This document shows, in pieces, positions 33,043-47,382 of a stretch of 64,000 bases of DNA. Below the pieces are notes generated by a model. The model was not told where the DNA came from and searched no databases. It worked only from the letters and a program-made list of their open reading frames with translations. The DNA comes from Octopus sinensis. Taxonomy: Eukaryota. The stretch lies in NCBI RefSeq assembly GCF_006345805.1, contig NC_043014.1, positions 54,622,001 through 54,686,000 on the forward strand, in the 5' to 3' direction. Made by a program: the position numbers and the translations under genes. Each line of letters begins with the position of its first letter. Position 1 is the first letter of the stretch.

Positions 33043-36000
33043 CATATACATATGTGTATATGCATGTGTGTGTATAGATATATGTATATACATATATATA
33101 TATATATATATATACATATATACACACATATATACACATATATACACATATATACACATACATTTTACAAAAAGGAAAAAAGACTTACATTGCTGATTAA
33201 CCCCCACCCCCCTCATTTTTTTTTTATTAAAGGACAAATATATGTATGTATATATATATATGTGTATATATATATATGTAGATATATATATATATAAATA
33301 AATATTGATGGTTTTAATTTCTAGAAACTGCAAATGGAATTTAGATGGTGCTCAGATAGAAGTTTCATGTTCTTGTCTTTGAGTTTTGTGGCTTTTTTTA
33401 CAAAAAATAATAAAACAAACTTTTATTTATTTTTTTTTCTCTCCCTAACGAGGAAAAAAAAAATCAACGTGACATGGAATTTTCTGGTTGAAGTACAAAA
33501 AAAAAATGAATTTATTTATTATATATATATATATTTTTTTTTTTTAGGTGGCTTTATTTCTGGAAATTTCTTCATCTCAATGTTGAATTCAAAGACAATT
33601 TGCAACATTTCCATCTCCAGTCACACTTTTTTTGTTTTGTCAAAAACCATTTCTGAAATTCTTTTTTTTTTTTTTTTTTTTTTCCGGTGGTCAAAAATTC
33701 TTACATTGTTTGTAAAAAGTGGTAAGACTTGGCCCTTTTTCTACTTCCTGTCTGTTTTTTTTTTTATTTATTTATTTCATTACAACATTTTCTTCAGCTC
33801 CATTTTTTCTTTTCTTGTTTGTTTTTACAAGACTTTTTTTTTTCCTTTTCTCTTCATATTCTTTGTAAAAAAGAAAAAAGACAAAAACAACAAAACAGTC
33901 CAGTCTAAAAGTTTGTGTCAGTTCTTTGTGTTTTGGGAATCTCTTGGTGGCTCACTGCTCACAGACTGCCCTGCTTTTAACTTCCCAATGTTTCTCCTTC
34001 ACATACATACAGACCGTATACACTCACCTATGTATGTTGAACATCTCTCTTAAGATAGAAACCTTAAGTTATTCACTGACAACGAGATGGCTGATGGTCA
34101 ATTTTCTGTTCTATGTCCATACTTTTAATAATCCGTTAAATGTTAACGATATTTTACTTCTTCGATTATAATTTAGACAAATTCTTTTTTTTTTTTCTTC
34201 TTTCTTTCTGTCTTTCTTTTTCTTCTTAAAAAAACATCTGCAATGAAAAGGAATCGTGTCCGTTTTGTGAAAAAAGTTCAAATTTTCAAATTTTAAATCA
34301 TTTAAAATGCAAAACAGTAAAACTATGAAAATTAAAAAAAAAAAAAATTAATTAATTAATTAATGCTGATTATTTAATGGAAAGGAAGAAGAAAGGAATG
34401 GTTGGTTGAATGAGTGAAAGAGAGAAAGAAACCGAATGAAAGCAGTGTTGCATGTGAAGAAGAATTATATTTGGATTTGTCAAGTTGCTCCTTATGTCTA
34501 ATTTCCTCAAAGACATAACAACAGTGCTTCTGGGTTGCCGCTAGGTGGGGGTGGGCATGGTTGGGTGTTGTTACTTGTCCCTTGCTGCTGGGTGGGGGGG
34601 TCTTAGCAATGAGTTGTTGTTGTCCATCTTATTGCATGTCTTGGACGTAGATATCAAGCGTTGACCGGTCAAAGACGGTGGAGTTTTAGTGCTAGTCCTA
34701 TTTGTGCAGTTGGTTAAATTCTCTTATCCATTTTGGTCTTTGCTCTCCTCACCACGACCACCACCACCAAATTCTCTGTTGAGGGTGTCAGTGTGGACGG
34801 GAGGGGGCATGGGAGTAAAACTTGTTCTTTTTCCCCCCTCTTTCTATTTTTATTATTTTTAATTTTATATAAATATATATATATATATAAAAAATATCTT
34901 TTTTAGAATTGTTTTATATTTTTATCGTCAGTTTTATATTTTATCGTCGGCTTTTTTTTTTCTAAACTTTAAAAAAAAAATCAATGAATATATATAAAAG
35001 AGGGGTTATGAGGGAGAGAAATTCCATCGATTTCTTGGCTCAGATTATACAAGAACAAATGAAAATAAGAAAAAAGATAACGTAGGAAGTGTAAAAGCTA
35101 TGATTAATGGGAATCCATTGGCGCTTCGAGTAGGGGGTTTTTGGTCAAGGCAATTAGCTCAGCTGTTGATTTATCTCCCTTTGGTTTTCTAGCTCTTTAC
35201 ATTTCCTCAAAGACACAGATGATCATCATCATCATCGTCATCATAATCATCTCCATCATCTTCATCCTCGTCATCTGCTGTCCATTCACCACACCTCTCC
35301 TCTAGGTTTCAGTCATGGAATGTTCTGCTACATTCCAACGATGGCTTTAATGTATTTGGCTAATAAATAAGACAAATTTGTTTCTCTTTTGTGATTGGAA
35401 TTTAATCAATAGTAAAAAAAAAAAAAAATCATTGAACAGTCAAAAATGTGTTTGTCTTTGAAATGCTTCTCTGAAAACGTCTTTTCTATTTATTTACTTT
35501 TTCTTTGTCGACTTATTTTTGTTTCTGCCCCCCCCCCCCCCCTCCTCCCGCAAGTGATGAATTTTTGGCAAACTCACTTTATTTCTCTTTCTTTGTTATC
35601 TCCCCACCCACACTCTCTTGTATTATTTCTATTACTTGTACACACACGTGTGTGTGTGTATGATATATGCATACATATACATTACATAACTATATATATA
35701 TATGTATATAACTATATACATATATATATATACATGTCTCTATGTATGTGTATTATTTTTAGACAAGAATGTTATCGACTGTAACTTCGCAGTTTCAAGC
35801 CCTTGCCCTGCAATGGCTTAACTGGCTAAAACTTCAATGTCACTATCAATAATATTCTTGTCTAAAAACAATAAATCTGTACTCTACAAAAGTGTAGAGT
35901 AACCTTTCAGATTAATGTAGAATTGTTTTTATTAAATCTAAACATAAAATCAAACATTGTGTGTATATCTACACACACACACATATAAAATCACTGGAAT

Positions 36001-39000
36001 GTTCAAAATTCTTCATCAGAAACTGCTTGGTCCTTGTGAACGACAGTCTCGGAAGCCAAGAGGTGAGGCTGCAGTCGCTTAAAAGTTGGCACTTGATACA
36101 ATTCTTTGATCTCAAGAGGGAGACTTTCCCTCTAAATGCCCATATCCGCACTTTGCTTAACAAATTGACCAAAGTTTGGTCAGTTCTGCTGCTGCCACCT
36201 TTGTTTCTCGCAGACCTTGAGTTCATTTCTGTCTTGGCATTCGGTGTGAATGCCAGAGCACAACCTGTTCGCTTAATTAACAGGTAACCAGCTTTTATCA
36301 TTTCTATGTCAGTTTATGATTTAATGTCTTGAAGATATGTGTGTGTGTTACTCTAAATGATGTGCATTTGAGAGTTTTATAGCAAACAAGCTTAAAGAAA
36401 TAGCTTAACCCCACAAATTCTTAACCTGGGAAATTTTTTTTTCCCCCTGATGAAAATTGCAATTTTTCAGGGATAAAATTTGAGGATTTTAATTGTTCTT
36501 AGGTTGAAAAACAAATTTTTTAAAAACCATTATTTTCTTTGCACTTTCTGCTAGATTTATTTTTTCTTAATGTTGATTTTTAAAGGTGTTAATGTTAAAT
36601 TAGTATAAATCTGTTAATTTTATGTAAAAAAAAAAAAAAACTATTATAAGTTACATATATCATCCCTTGATACTTTGGGCTGAGGTCCCTGTTAACAGGT
36701 CCCTCATGTTAAAAACAAGGTATGAACTCTTACACTATACAAATTAGTCACAACTGTAATTGTTGGGTCTGTATACAAACTGGTTGCTTGTTTCTTTGGG
36801 ATTGGCCAAAACTGATGAGAATCCAAATAAGATTTGAAAATTAATTTAGGTTTTTCATTTTTTGTTCTCAATTTACAGAGAAACGGCTAAATTAGCCCAA
36901 TTTCTATCAGTCTTATCTAGATTATTTACAAAGAGAATACTGAATGGCAAAGAAGGTAGGGGTCAGCGAGGTGTCAGAGAAAAGGAGTGTGACAAAACCC
37001 TGGGATTGGTTTAGGATCTTTTCCAGTCCGGTTCTTTCTCTGGTGTTTCTAGAGCCAAGTGAGACTTGTCCGAGTTCATAAATTCATTCCGATGATTTGG
37101 TTAAGAAAAGAAAAATACAAAATGAGAAGAAATTTATTATTAAGAAATTGTTCTTTTGAAAGCAAGGGATGCATAAGATGGCCGGGTGGTAAGGAAACTG
37201 GACAACAAGGTCAAGGAGTTCTGCAGTCAGGGATTTCATTACCAACATCTCATTGTGTCTTTGACCAACATTTTATAACTTGCAACCTGTTGACGGTAGA
37301 TTCCATTAAGCTGTATATTGTTGTAGGTTGAACCCTGATCAAGTAGATATATAATCAAAGATACTCTAGCCATGACCATCCCTTCTTTTTCAGAGACAGT
37401 ATATCTAGGTCTACATTATCCAGGGTCTTTTGCTTATTTATCATGGTTGTTGATTTGAGGGAGATGTAGATGCTATTTCTAGCAGTATGTTTTACCCTAT
37501 ACAAGCTCTTTTTCTGACTCTTTCAAGCTGAAGGTAGATACTTTAAAATAAAAAGTAAACATGCCAGGGATAAGAAATTAATTAAGGTGAGGTAAAGAAT
37601 ATTCTACTTTGACAGTTGTGTCATAATGAATTAGGACAAGTCATAAAGATATTTGACAGGTGACCATCGTTGGACATTGCAGTCTTTCAACATCTTTTTA
37701 TCTCTTCTCCTCCTGAAAAAGGGAACAGTTTTTCTCGTCTTATTTTTTTTATTTAAATCCATCCAGAGATTTCAGTTTTTTTTTTTTTTATTTTATTTTT
37801 CAAGTATCACTTCTTTATTTTGTAGTGCACTCTCTCATTAAATTTCAACTTAACTGTATGTTAATGTTTTGTTTCGTGTGTAAGGGTGTGTGTATGAAAA
37901 CAGGGGTCAAGCTTCATACTTTGATCCTAGTCCCCTCGACCCTCTCCCTTTTTTGAAATTTTACAATTATTTACCAAATTCTCTTCGAAAATTCTTCATA
38001 ATTCAGTCTTTTCTTTTCTCTTTGGAAAATTATTTAATAATTAATACAAATTTCACAAAAATAATGAAGAAAGGCAATTTCATAAAAAGGAGCAAATACA
38101 AATACAAATAAAAAAAATAAAACCCAGAAAGTATCCTTTTTTTTTTTTCATTTCATATTTTTGTCATCTTTTTTTTTTAAAGAAGTATATATTTTATTAA
38201 CTCAGTTTGTACAAACTCATATCTAAATTATACATCCATTTAAATTATTTTGGCTGTTTTTTTTTTCTGCCCCTTTTTTCATTTTTATCTATCACCAGCC
38301 ACCACCACCACCACCACCACCACCATCATGATAAAGAGAGTAAAAAGAAAGAAGAAAAAAAAACGAGTATCCCATGATGCAATATAAATTCTTTTTTCCA
38401 TCTTTTTTTTCCTTTTGTTTTCTCTTTTCTTTCTTTCTTTTTCTCTCTTTTTTTTTATTTGCTTCGCATTGATTGAATTTGGTGATGTTTTTTTATTTTT
38501 TGTGACGACCGTATATATAAACACTGCTAGTATATATATTTATGAAACATTTCCTCTTTTACATTCTTTTTACACGCTGTATAAATGTAATTTTTTTTTT
38601 TCTTTGATGAGTGTACATTAAAAAAAAAAAATCATCTGATTTTTTTTGCCTCTTCTTATCTGAAACTGTTTTTTTATATACAAAAAGAAAAAAAAGATGA
38701 ATTTCATGATTCTTTTCTCGAAATTTAGTGCCAACATAGCCTAAAATTCTACTGGACATCTAAGCCAAGAAAGAGCTCCTCTATAACTGTCTTATCTGGT
38801 GCGAAGGGGAGTCATTCAAAATAGGAAGCCACCCTTTTTTTACAAGGCTACCTCACTGACCCTATTTTGCTCTAACCTGTTTTGTTGTTGTTGTTGTTGT
38901 TGTTTGTTTTGTTCTATTTCCAAAGACTTCAGGATTTCATCAGTCATGCTGTGTCGTCTAAATGCATTGAACGGACATACTTTGTGTTGTTGGAATAGGA

Positions 39001-39818
39001 AACTCTAGTAATTATGAACAATAAACTGACTTAAGAACACTAATCAGCTTAATTAGAATCCAAAGAGTATTTTTAATGCTGCACAGAATTGCTAGATTAC
39101 AGTGGGGAGGAAGTGTGAATCCAGGTCCTCCATTCCACATTCCTTCCTAAAGCCTGAAGGTCAGTTCAGAGTAACATTAATTAATGAATGACAAAATGAA
39201 AACGAGTTACGTAATCACGTCCGTTAGCTTACAGCTGTTTCGGTTATAAGGAACTGTGAATCCAGAGTTGAGTGTCTGTGTGCAACATCTTATGGCATCA
39301 TAAGGTAATGGCTCTGAAGAAGCAATGTGGCATTCAACTCTGAGTGTACATTTCCTTATAGCAGAAACAGTTGTAAGCCAATGAATGTGCTTATGTAACC
39401 CCTTTTCATTTATTTATATATGATGGTACTCTTGCGTGGCTGTAACTTTGATGGTTTAAAGTTCACAACTTTAAACCATTTCGGTTTTAATCTTTGTTAT
39501 CAAGTTATAATTTATAAATAATTGTATTTTTGTCTCAAGAAGAAGAAAAGACTGCAGAATCTCCCATGAAGTACAGTGGTCATGAGATTCAGGTGTTTTT
39601 TTTTTTACTGATGACGATATAGTTCATAGGTTCAAATCTTAGTGGTACTCTAATCATCGTGATGTGTCCCTGAACAACGTATATAGCTCTGTTGCCTCGG
39701 TTTGCGTATCTGATGTGAAATAGGTCCAGCTTGTGTTTCATTTGTTCATTGGTTAGTGTAGCTAGGAAAGACCCCCTAATAAAATTATAAATATATAAAG
39801 AAATAAAATGTTACAATC

Positions 39819-39854
<36 letters not shown>

Positions 39855-42800
39855 GTCTCAGGATTCTTCTCTGATGTTGTGATCTCATCATTCATTTCTC
39901 TCTTTCACACATCCTCAATTCTTGCACCCTTCCGATGATGCCAACCTGCCTGACACAGCTTCTGGTTCTGTGACGCAAATTTCATGTTCTGAAATTCTGG
40001 TTAATAATGACAAAGTGATTTTAACTAAAATCCTCATTATTTTCATAATTAGTTGTTGATAAAGGAGAGGATTTCAACAGAAATATGGTAAGCAAAGGGT
40101 TAACATTGCAATTATATTTTGGTTTTTGAGGAGTTTTATTTGTTTTTGGAAATGCTGAGGAGACCCACATGGTGTTTGTCTCTATAAGTTTAGTCATGTT
40201 TTCTAGACATTCACTCAACTCAGTGTTTATATAAGATAATGGTTTAAAATTCTGAAGTCTATGTCAATAGCTATTATTTTCTTCCATTTATTCATTGAAT
40301 CATAGTTTTATAAAAGTTCCTACAGTGAAAGACTATTTTGCATTTCTAAAACACACACACACACATGACTAGACAGATCCTCTGTTGCACATGATTGCAA
40401 AGACTAATTCTACAAACTATGCATATAAAATGCAACCATTCTCCACACCCACACACACAAACACATTTGCTACCTTTGTACGTAACCCCATTTACCTGTT
40501 CTCACAGATGGTTTATTCTTCAAAGAACTTCTTTAATATGGACAGTTGGTGGAGTAAAGTGAGAAGATATCTAATTAATGCAAAAATAAACAACTTAGCA
40601 ATGTTGAGCTGTGGAGTGGCTTCTTGATGTCGGAGATTCTACTATGAAGTGGTACCTTGGATAATCATGTGACACCATCATGTTTGGTTCTCTGGAAGTT
40701 GGAGTGATGCCATGAAGTATGGTTCCTTACTTGTTGGAACAATCCCATGTATGTTTGGGCAATACTTTGAAACGGTGTCTCAGATGTAACACTACTCTCA
40801 AAATGGTTCTCTGGATTTTGAAATATCCTGGATATCAGAGTAAGATTCAGATAATAGAAGGTCACCCTTGTTCAGTACCCTGAAATAGAGTTTCTGGCAT
40901 TGGATTGGAACTCAGGGTAGAGCAGTGACACCATGAAGCCATACCCTGATGTTAGGAAGCAGTGTCTGCGGCAGAACCTAACATGTTGGAACAACACTTT
41001 TAGGTTTTGAAATGAGTGAGAAACTCTAAATCACATCACGGATGTTAGTTGGGATGCTGGTGGTTTAACACAGTGTTTTAGTTAAGGAATAGGTCAAACC
41101 TTCTAATGAGCTGGGAGATGGGGTTTCTTTTTATTCCCACACTCTTGGTGTATTTATTGCAAATGATTGTATTTGGTTCAATGTTGGCAGAATGGAGAAG
41201 GGTAAAGTGTTTGGTGTGGGGAGAGTTCAAATGGGGAATAAATAAGTTTGTCTGTTAGGATGATGGAAAATCAAATTCCTCAAGAAAACTCTTTTACCAG
41301 AGAGAGAGAAGGAGAGATTGTTACCAGACTGCATCAACTGATTCAGAGCCAATGAACCATCATTGCTTTCCTTCTTTGGATCCTACTGTTTATTAGGTAC
41401 AGAATTTGGGGTTACTGAAAGCCTGCTATTAACATATACATACATTGCACATTTATATATATGCACAGACAGTATATCTGCAACATCTATGAATGCACAG
41501 TTGCACTTGCATTCTAACCCCTCACATATACACACACCCTTCATGTACATAACTCTATAAACATTACCCAACATGTATGTATGTATGTGTGTGCATAACT
41601 TGTACAAGTTTTTGTGCCTAGAAGGGCCTGAAAATCTGTTCTTTGACCATAGAAAGTAATTTTTAAAAAAACCCAAATCAAATGTACATCCAGACATTAT
41701 ATTCATGGAATAACACAACACTTGCCAGAAAATTGTCTGAGCAAGACCCAAGTTGTTTCTGTTTTTGTACAACAATTAGTCAGGCCAAACGTTCTGTAGT
41801 CAGGTTCAAGTTTGTATAACGACTTCCTTCATAGAACCAGTTTTGTTTTTTTCTTTTCACCCCACCCCACCCCTCTATTCTTCTCCATAAAACTGGTCTT
41901 TAGGAATTAAAAAGGAATTGTTTTGTTTTGTTTTTTTTTAACTGCATCAGTTGTTCTTTAAGCTTTGTGCTGTGTCTCTGTGGCTGGGGTACCATTATGG
42001 CTTTGTATGAGTTCTTCACTGGCACCAAACATTATGTCTTAAAATATTTCTGTTCTGAGATGAGGTTTCTTACAAAACGCAGTAAAGACTTATTGCAATC
42101 CATAAATTTATCTTTTGTCGTTTTTTCCTTATTTTTAAAAAATATCTTTTTTATTTTCTTTGTTTTGTTTGAATATTTGTGTTTTGATTGTTTTAAACAC
42201 ACACACACACACACCCATGTGGCTTTGAGCCCTCAGTGACTCACACAACTCAATCGCCAACTCATTCAATTATTGTCTGAGCGGTTGAGTATTCCACAGA
42301 CATGTGTCCCCTTAATGGAATTCTCAGGTTGCATAACTCTGACAAGCTTAGACATTTGACATCTGGACACAAACCATAGAAAAGCTTCCTCACAGTTTCC
42401 AATCCCCCAATTTCACTCACAGTCTTGTCTGTTGATTGCTAATCTCTTGTCTCTGGTCGCAGATCCCATTAACGACTGCAGTGCCAGTGAGACTAACGAG
42501 TTTCCCAGACCAAGATTCATAAAAGTGTAATTTCTTCTCCAAAGTGGGAAGAAATCCAAACACAAAATATGTTTATGTCCTGTGTTTTCATTCCCTACTG
42601 CCATCCTGTTTCCAACAATAATGGCATTCCATTCTCTTCAGGGCTTCGGCATTGTGACCCTAGCAGGGTGGCTAACAGATGCTGTGCCTTGCCAAGAGGG
42701 CAACCTGTGGTTTTGTCTGGCACTGTACATTGAGTGTTCATAGCTACAGGTCATTCCTCTGTACACAAAGTGGAGGCCCAATGGATGGGAGCTTTCATCA

Positions 42801-44456
42801 CCACACGACACTCACAGACACAGGTCACCTTAAAGACCCTGGCTATCATGGTTACTTGGGTCCAACCCAGAAACTCATGATCTTTTAGGTAACTCTTGAT
42901 CACCACACACACACTCATCTATATATACTTATACATCTCTGCATATGTATATATACACAAACACATGTTTGTGTGTGTCTGTGAATATATATATATATAC
43001 AAATAAGAAAATGGAGAAACAAATTTGGTTTGTTCATCAACTTACGGATATTATAATGTTGGATTATTTTGATGAACAAACCAAATTTGTTTCTCCATTT
43101 CCTTATTTGTATTATAAATTTATGGTAAAAATATTTCTTTACCTTCTCCCGTTTAATACAATAAATGACTTAATTGCATTGCAATTAAAAACATTTATGT
43201 ATTAAGAATTTAGGTACTTTACCAACAGTATATTGGATAAATACTATCCCATAGTGCGTTACACCCATAACCCCTATCTTACTTTGTATATATATATATA
43301 TATACACGTATATAAAGTTTGTTAAAACTGATGTCCTTTCTCATAAGTCAGTCATCCTCATCAGGCATAAAGCATTAATCACAATCACAACTGTATGAAG
43401 CTCAAGTCATATGAAAGGAATTTAATTTCAACCAAAAGCAATCCTTTAAGATGGAGCAGAGACCCCACTTCTTTGTGGGTCTCACAGTCTTTTCAATACA
43501 CTTTACATATACACATACAAAGGAATTAGGATATTTAAATTCATACATACACATGTACATAATATATATATGTGTGTGTGTGTGTGTCATCTAGCAGTCA
43601 TCCAGATTATGGAAAGCATCTGTGAAGGAGATCGTTCATGACAAACATCTTTTGAAATGACTGTGAAGTCCAGTTGTTGATGTACAGCCTTGGCATATAA
43701 TCACTGGTGCTATTTCTATGGATTTTCTGAGAAGACATAACTTATTGCTTGCTCTCTCTCTTTCTCATATATATATGAAGATGAATAGTTGATAGTTCAA
43801 TTCATGCTACAAATGTTTCAGTAACACGGTAATTTATTTGGACTCAGTGTATTACATAATTTTTGTTATTTTATATATTAAATCACCAGGCATTTCTTCA
43901 AGTGACATGAATCATTGGTAGACAAGTCAGTCTAATGTGTGTGTGTGTGTATACATACAAACAAACAATTCTGCTTTGCTCCAGCTGGACCAATAACCAG
44001 TTACAATCACTAATATCTACCAGCTCCAGTCCTGAAACAGTGTCAACCTATTTATCCAATCAACCAGGCTCTTATAGAAACAGCAACAGAAGCACAGAGC
44101 GAAATATTTCAATGACAAAAGAATTAATGTGATTATGTTCAGTGCTCATTAATTAGTGCTGCTCTTTATTCTTATAGCTTCATCAGTGTTAAGAGTTAAT
44201 TTAATTTAGTACTAATCCAGAATACATTCGTTCTAGTTCCAATGAGGCCATCAGTATACAGGGTGACACCAGGTATTGAGTGCTGCTTTGTTCCCTTAGC
44301 TGAAGCAGCTGTAAACTAATGAATATGATTATGTAACTCTTGTCTTTATGCCATTTATTATTTCATGTATGTGTGTAAATATATATATGTATATATAATG
44401 TATGTATGTATATATATATGAAGCATTTAGGGCACCCAGAGGTGTATATCTTATAT

Positions 44457-44506
44457 AACTGATCTGAGGATGTGTAACATGAAATTGAAATTATCAATTA
44501 TGAGGT
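44457..44506 (+). ncRNA. Decayed hammerhead-like motif
   Basis: AACTGAT|CTGAGGA|TGT-GTA-ACA-T|GAA|ATTGA-AATTA-TCAAT|T|ATGAGGT; stem I 5/7 paired; next to a TA tract. Confidence 0.3.
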
Positions 44507-45285
44507 GGTGTCAGGTTTTACAACTCGAAGTGACACTTCTTGAGCACTCTTACACCACTTCTTGTCTGTGCTTACATACTCATACTTGATGTTTGAGTGT
44601 GTGTCATATATATATATATATATGTGGAATTTAAACCTTAAAATCCATGGCAAAGTACCAATATTTAGAACTTCATGTGTATTATTGTACTGATATCATT
44701 TGGTAAGAATCGTCACAGACTTCAAAGAGAAAAATAAACAGAGCATGAGAGATTGTTTTTATGATATTTAGTTCCACCTTCTTACATATATTTCATTAGC
44801 AAAAAATGATTATAAGTTACATAAGCAAAAATGTATTGTCAAATCTTCAGAGATATGTAAACTTCATGTGTAACTCTTACTGGATTGCTGAATTGTTGAC
44901 AGAAGGATGCATCATAGACATATAAATGTATGTGTGTGTGTAATAAGTAATCTTAAGGTGCTGATAATTGGTCTCAAATTACAATGATATCCTGTTCCAC
45001 AGGAGACCTGTTTAAGCCATTCAAGCATAGAAAATCCTGTGAAGTCATGTTTGCTTGAATTCACATGAGACACACATAAATCTTTACAGCAACTGAAATG
45101 GTTCCACATTTGTTTCATCTATATTATACACTCGCTTCAGAGAAGGACAACATATGCCAAGTGGTCAGAGTGGAAGGTTGAGGTTTCAATACACACTTGA
45201 TGACATATATATATATATATATGTGTTGCAATCTTGATTCATCAGGAATCTTGCAACACAAAATTCCTGAATATATATATATTAT

Positions 45286-45670
45286 GCGCAGGTGTGGCTG
45301 TGTAGCAAGAAGCTTGCTTCCCAACCACATGGTTCCAGGTTCATTCCCACTGCATGGCACCTTGTGCAAGTGGATTTGGTAGATGGAAACTGAAAGAAGC
45401 ACGTAGTATATATATATATATATGTCATGTATGTATGTATGTGCGTGTCTGTGTTTGTCCCACACCCTCCCAACATCGCTTGACAACTGATGCTGGTTCA
45501 TTTACATTCCCATGGTTGATGTGTTTATGTTCCCGTAACTTAGTGGTTCAGCAAAAGTGACCGATAGAATAAGTACTAGGCTTACAAGGAATAAGTCCTG
45601 GGGCCGATTTGCTCGACTAAAAGTGGTGCTCCAGCATGGCCACAGTCAAATGACTGCAACGAGTAAGAGA
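45286..45670 (+). mobile_element. SINE family A
   Basis: Head, body and CAGTCAAATGACTG tail. Confidence 0.85.
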
Positions 45671-45889
45671 ATATCTATATATCACATAAGATATTTGTAA
45701 TACAAACAGAGAAATTAAAAGTGAAGAAAATATAAATTTATTCTCTTAAATTTCAATGAAGCTGTTGTTAGTGTCTCATGGAAAGTGAGTAAATGAGTTG
45801 TCTAATTATGAATATTTTAGAAGTAACGAGATGTTGTTCATTAATGATAATTATTCTATTTCCATTGTCTTCAATCTGCATTATTTTAG

Positions 45890-45940
45890 GGATTGAAAAG
45901 GGGATATTTTACAAAAAATTCCTTAACTGATTCTTTGCAG
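45890..45940 (+). other. Candidate 51-nt exon (GLKRGYFTKNSLTDSLQ in phase 0)
   Basis: CATTATTTTAG| acceptor, CAG|GTGAGT donor, open symmetric frame; no homology recognised. Confidence 0.35.
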
Positions 45941-46160
45941 GTGAGTTTTTTTAATTAGTGGGTGGATGGGTGGGTGGGAGAGTATTAAATTTGTTTAATT
46001 ACACTGTTAATTGTGGTTGTTTTGGGATTGATGGAAAACTAAGGCTTTCTCCTTCACCACATAAATATATTTATTACATAATTTTGTATTTGGCATTATT
46101 TTTAGTCATTTATTTATTATTATTATTATTGTTATTATTATTATTATTATTATTATAATT

Positions 46161-46383
46161 AAGGTAGCTAGCTGGCAGAGTCGTTAGCATGCCAGGCAAA
46201 ATGCTTAGCAGTATTTCATCTGTCTGTACGTTCTGAGTTCAAATTCAGCTAAGATCAACTTGGCTTTTCATCCTTCTGGGGTTGATTAAGTAAGTACCAG
46301 TTATGCACTGGGGTCAATGTAATCGACTTAATCTCCTCTCCCCAAGCTGCCCTTGTGGCAAAAATTTGAAATCATTATTATTA
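46161..46383 (+). mobile_element. SINE family B
   Basis: Preceded and followed by (TTA)n; tail CCCAAGCTGCCCTTGTGGCAAAAATTTGAAATC. Confidence 0.85.
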
Positions 46384-47176
46384 AATGAAATTTAAGGCAA
46401 AAATATAACAACAGATTTTAGCAAAGATTTTAACTCCTCCTGTCCATTTTATTTTTAAGATGAGTTGAGGGGTGGGGCTAGGGCTAAATCTCCTTTGGGT
46501 TGTTTTTTTTCTTTGTTTGATCTGACTTGAATATATGTGAAAATCCTTCAATCAGTAATAACCCATTTCTCTCATACACACACACACACACGTTGATGCA
46601 GTGTGTGACTGTAGCAGACCAGCACCACAAAAAAAAAAGAAGAGAGAGAATGTATAAGCTTAAGTGATTTACATAAGTTTTTTTTTTTATCCTTTTCTTT
46701 GTATTTTTCTTCGTGTTTTTAGAGTTTTTTTTTTTTTTTTACAATCTGGAAGTCGTGATCTGAAAATTGTCAACAAGTTTGGTGTGTTTGGGGAGGGGGA
46801 ACAGAAACGATAGGAAAAAAAAACATTAAATAAATAAAATAAATAAAAGAAGGATTTGTCAGTTAATTTTCATGACCCCTTTTTTTTTTTTACCATAGAG
46901 AAAGAAAGAAACAATCCATGTTGATTGTGAGTTTTACTTATTTTAAAAATTTCACTTTTATTTTTTAAAATAGAAGAAGCAAAACAATAAATAATCAAAC
47001 AAAAGATGAAAATAAAAAGAAATTCAGTTTTGAATTAAAGAACTGGACAGACAATTTTTTCTAAATATATATATATTGTTGCTTTAATCGGGTTGTATAT
47101 GAATATTATTATTATATAGTTATTGGCAGTACTCCAACATGGCCACAGCTCATAAGCTGAAACTAGATCAAATCAA

Positions 47177-47211
<35 letters not shown>

Positions 47212-47382
47212 AATATTAGGATGTTAGGTCCTCATTAGGGATTAAATATACCAAAGATTTCACTGGGTAATCTGATGATATTTTAGGGATTATAATAGTG
47301 ATAATGATGGAAGAAAGAAAATAGAGAATTATGGATGTATATGACAAATTATCTATCCATCCATAATATTTTAGGTTGTTTC

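Noticed and set aside
33334-34053. 239-aa Phe-rich ORF resembling a membrane protein
   Set aside because: Produced by poly-T low-complexity sequence; no domain pattern
35961-36301. Overlapping 108/110-aa ORFs on both strands
   Set aside because: No recognisable domain or convincing splice pair; more likely UTR or unique non-coding sequence
36805-36856. Hammerhead-like CTGATGA-GAATC..GATTT-GAAA-ATTAATT
   Set aside because: Stems II and III form but stem I (CCAAAA vs AGGTTT) does not pair; probably chance in AT-rich DNA
40500-41350. GC-richer unique-looking block
   Set aside because: Stops in the frames examined and no motif recognised; probably decayed transposon, cannot be classified without a search
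43325-43368. Minus-strand CTGATGA...GAAA
   Set aside because: Stems I and III do not pair
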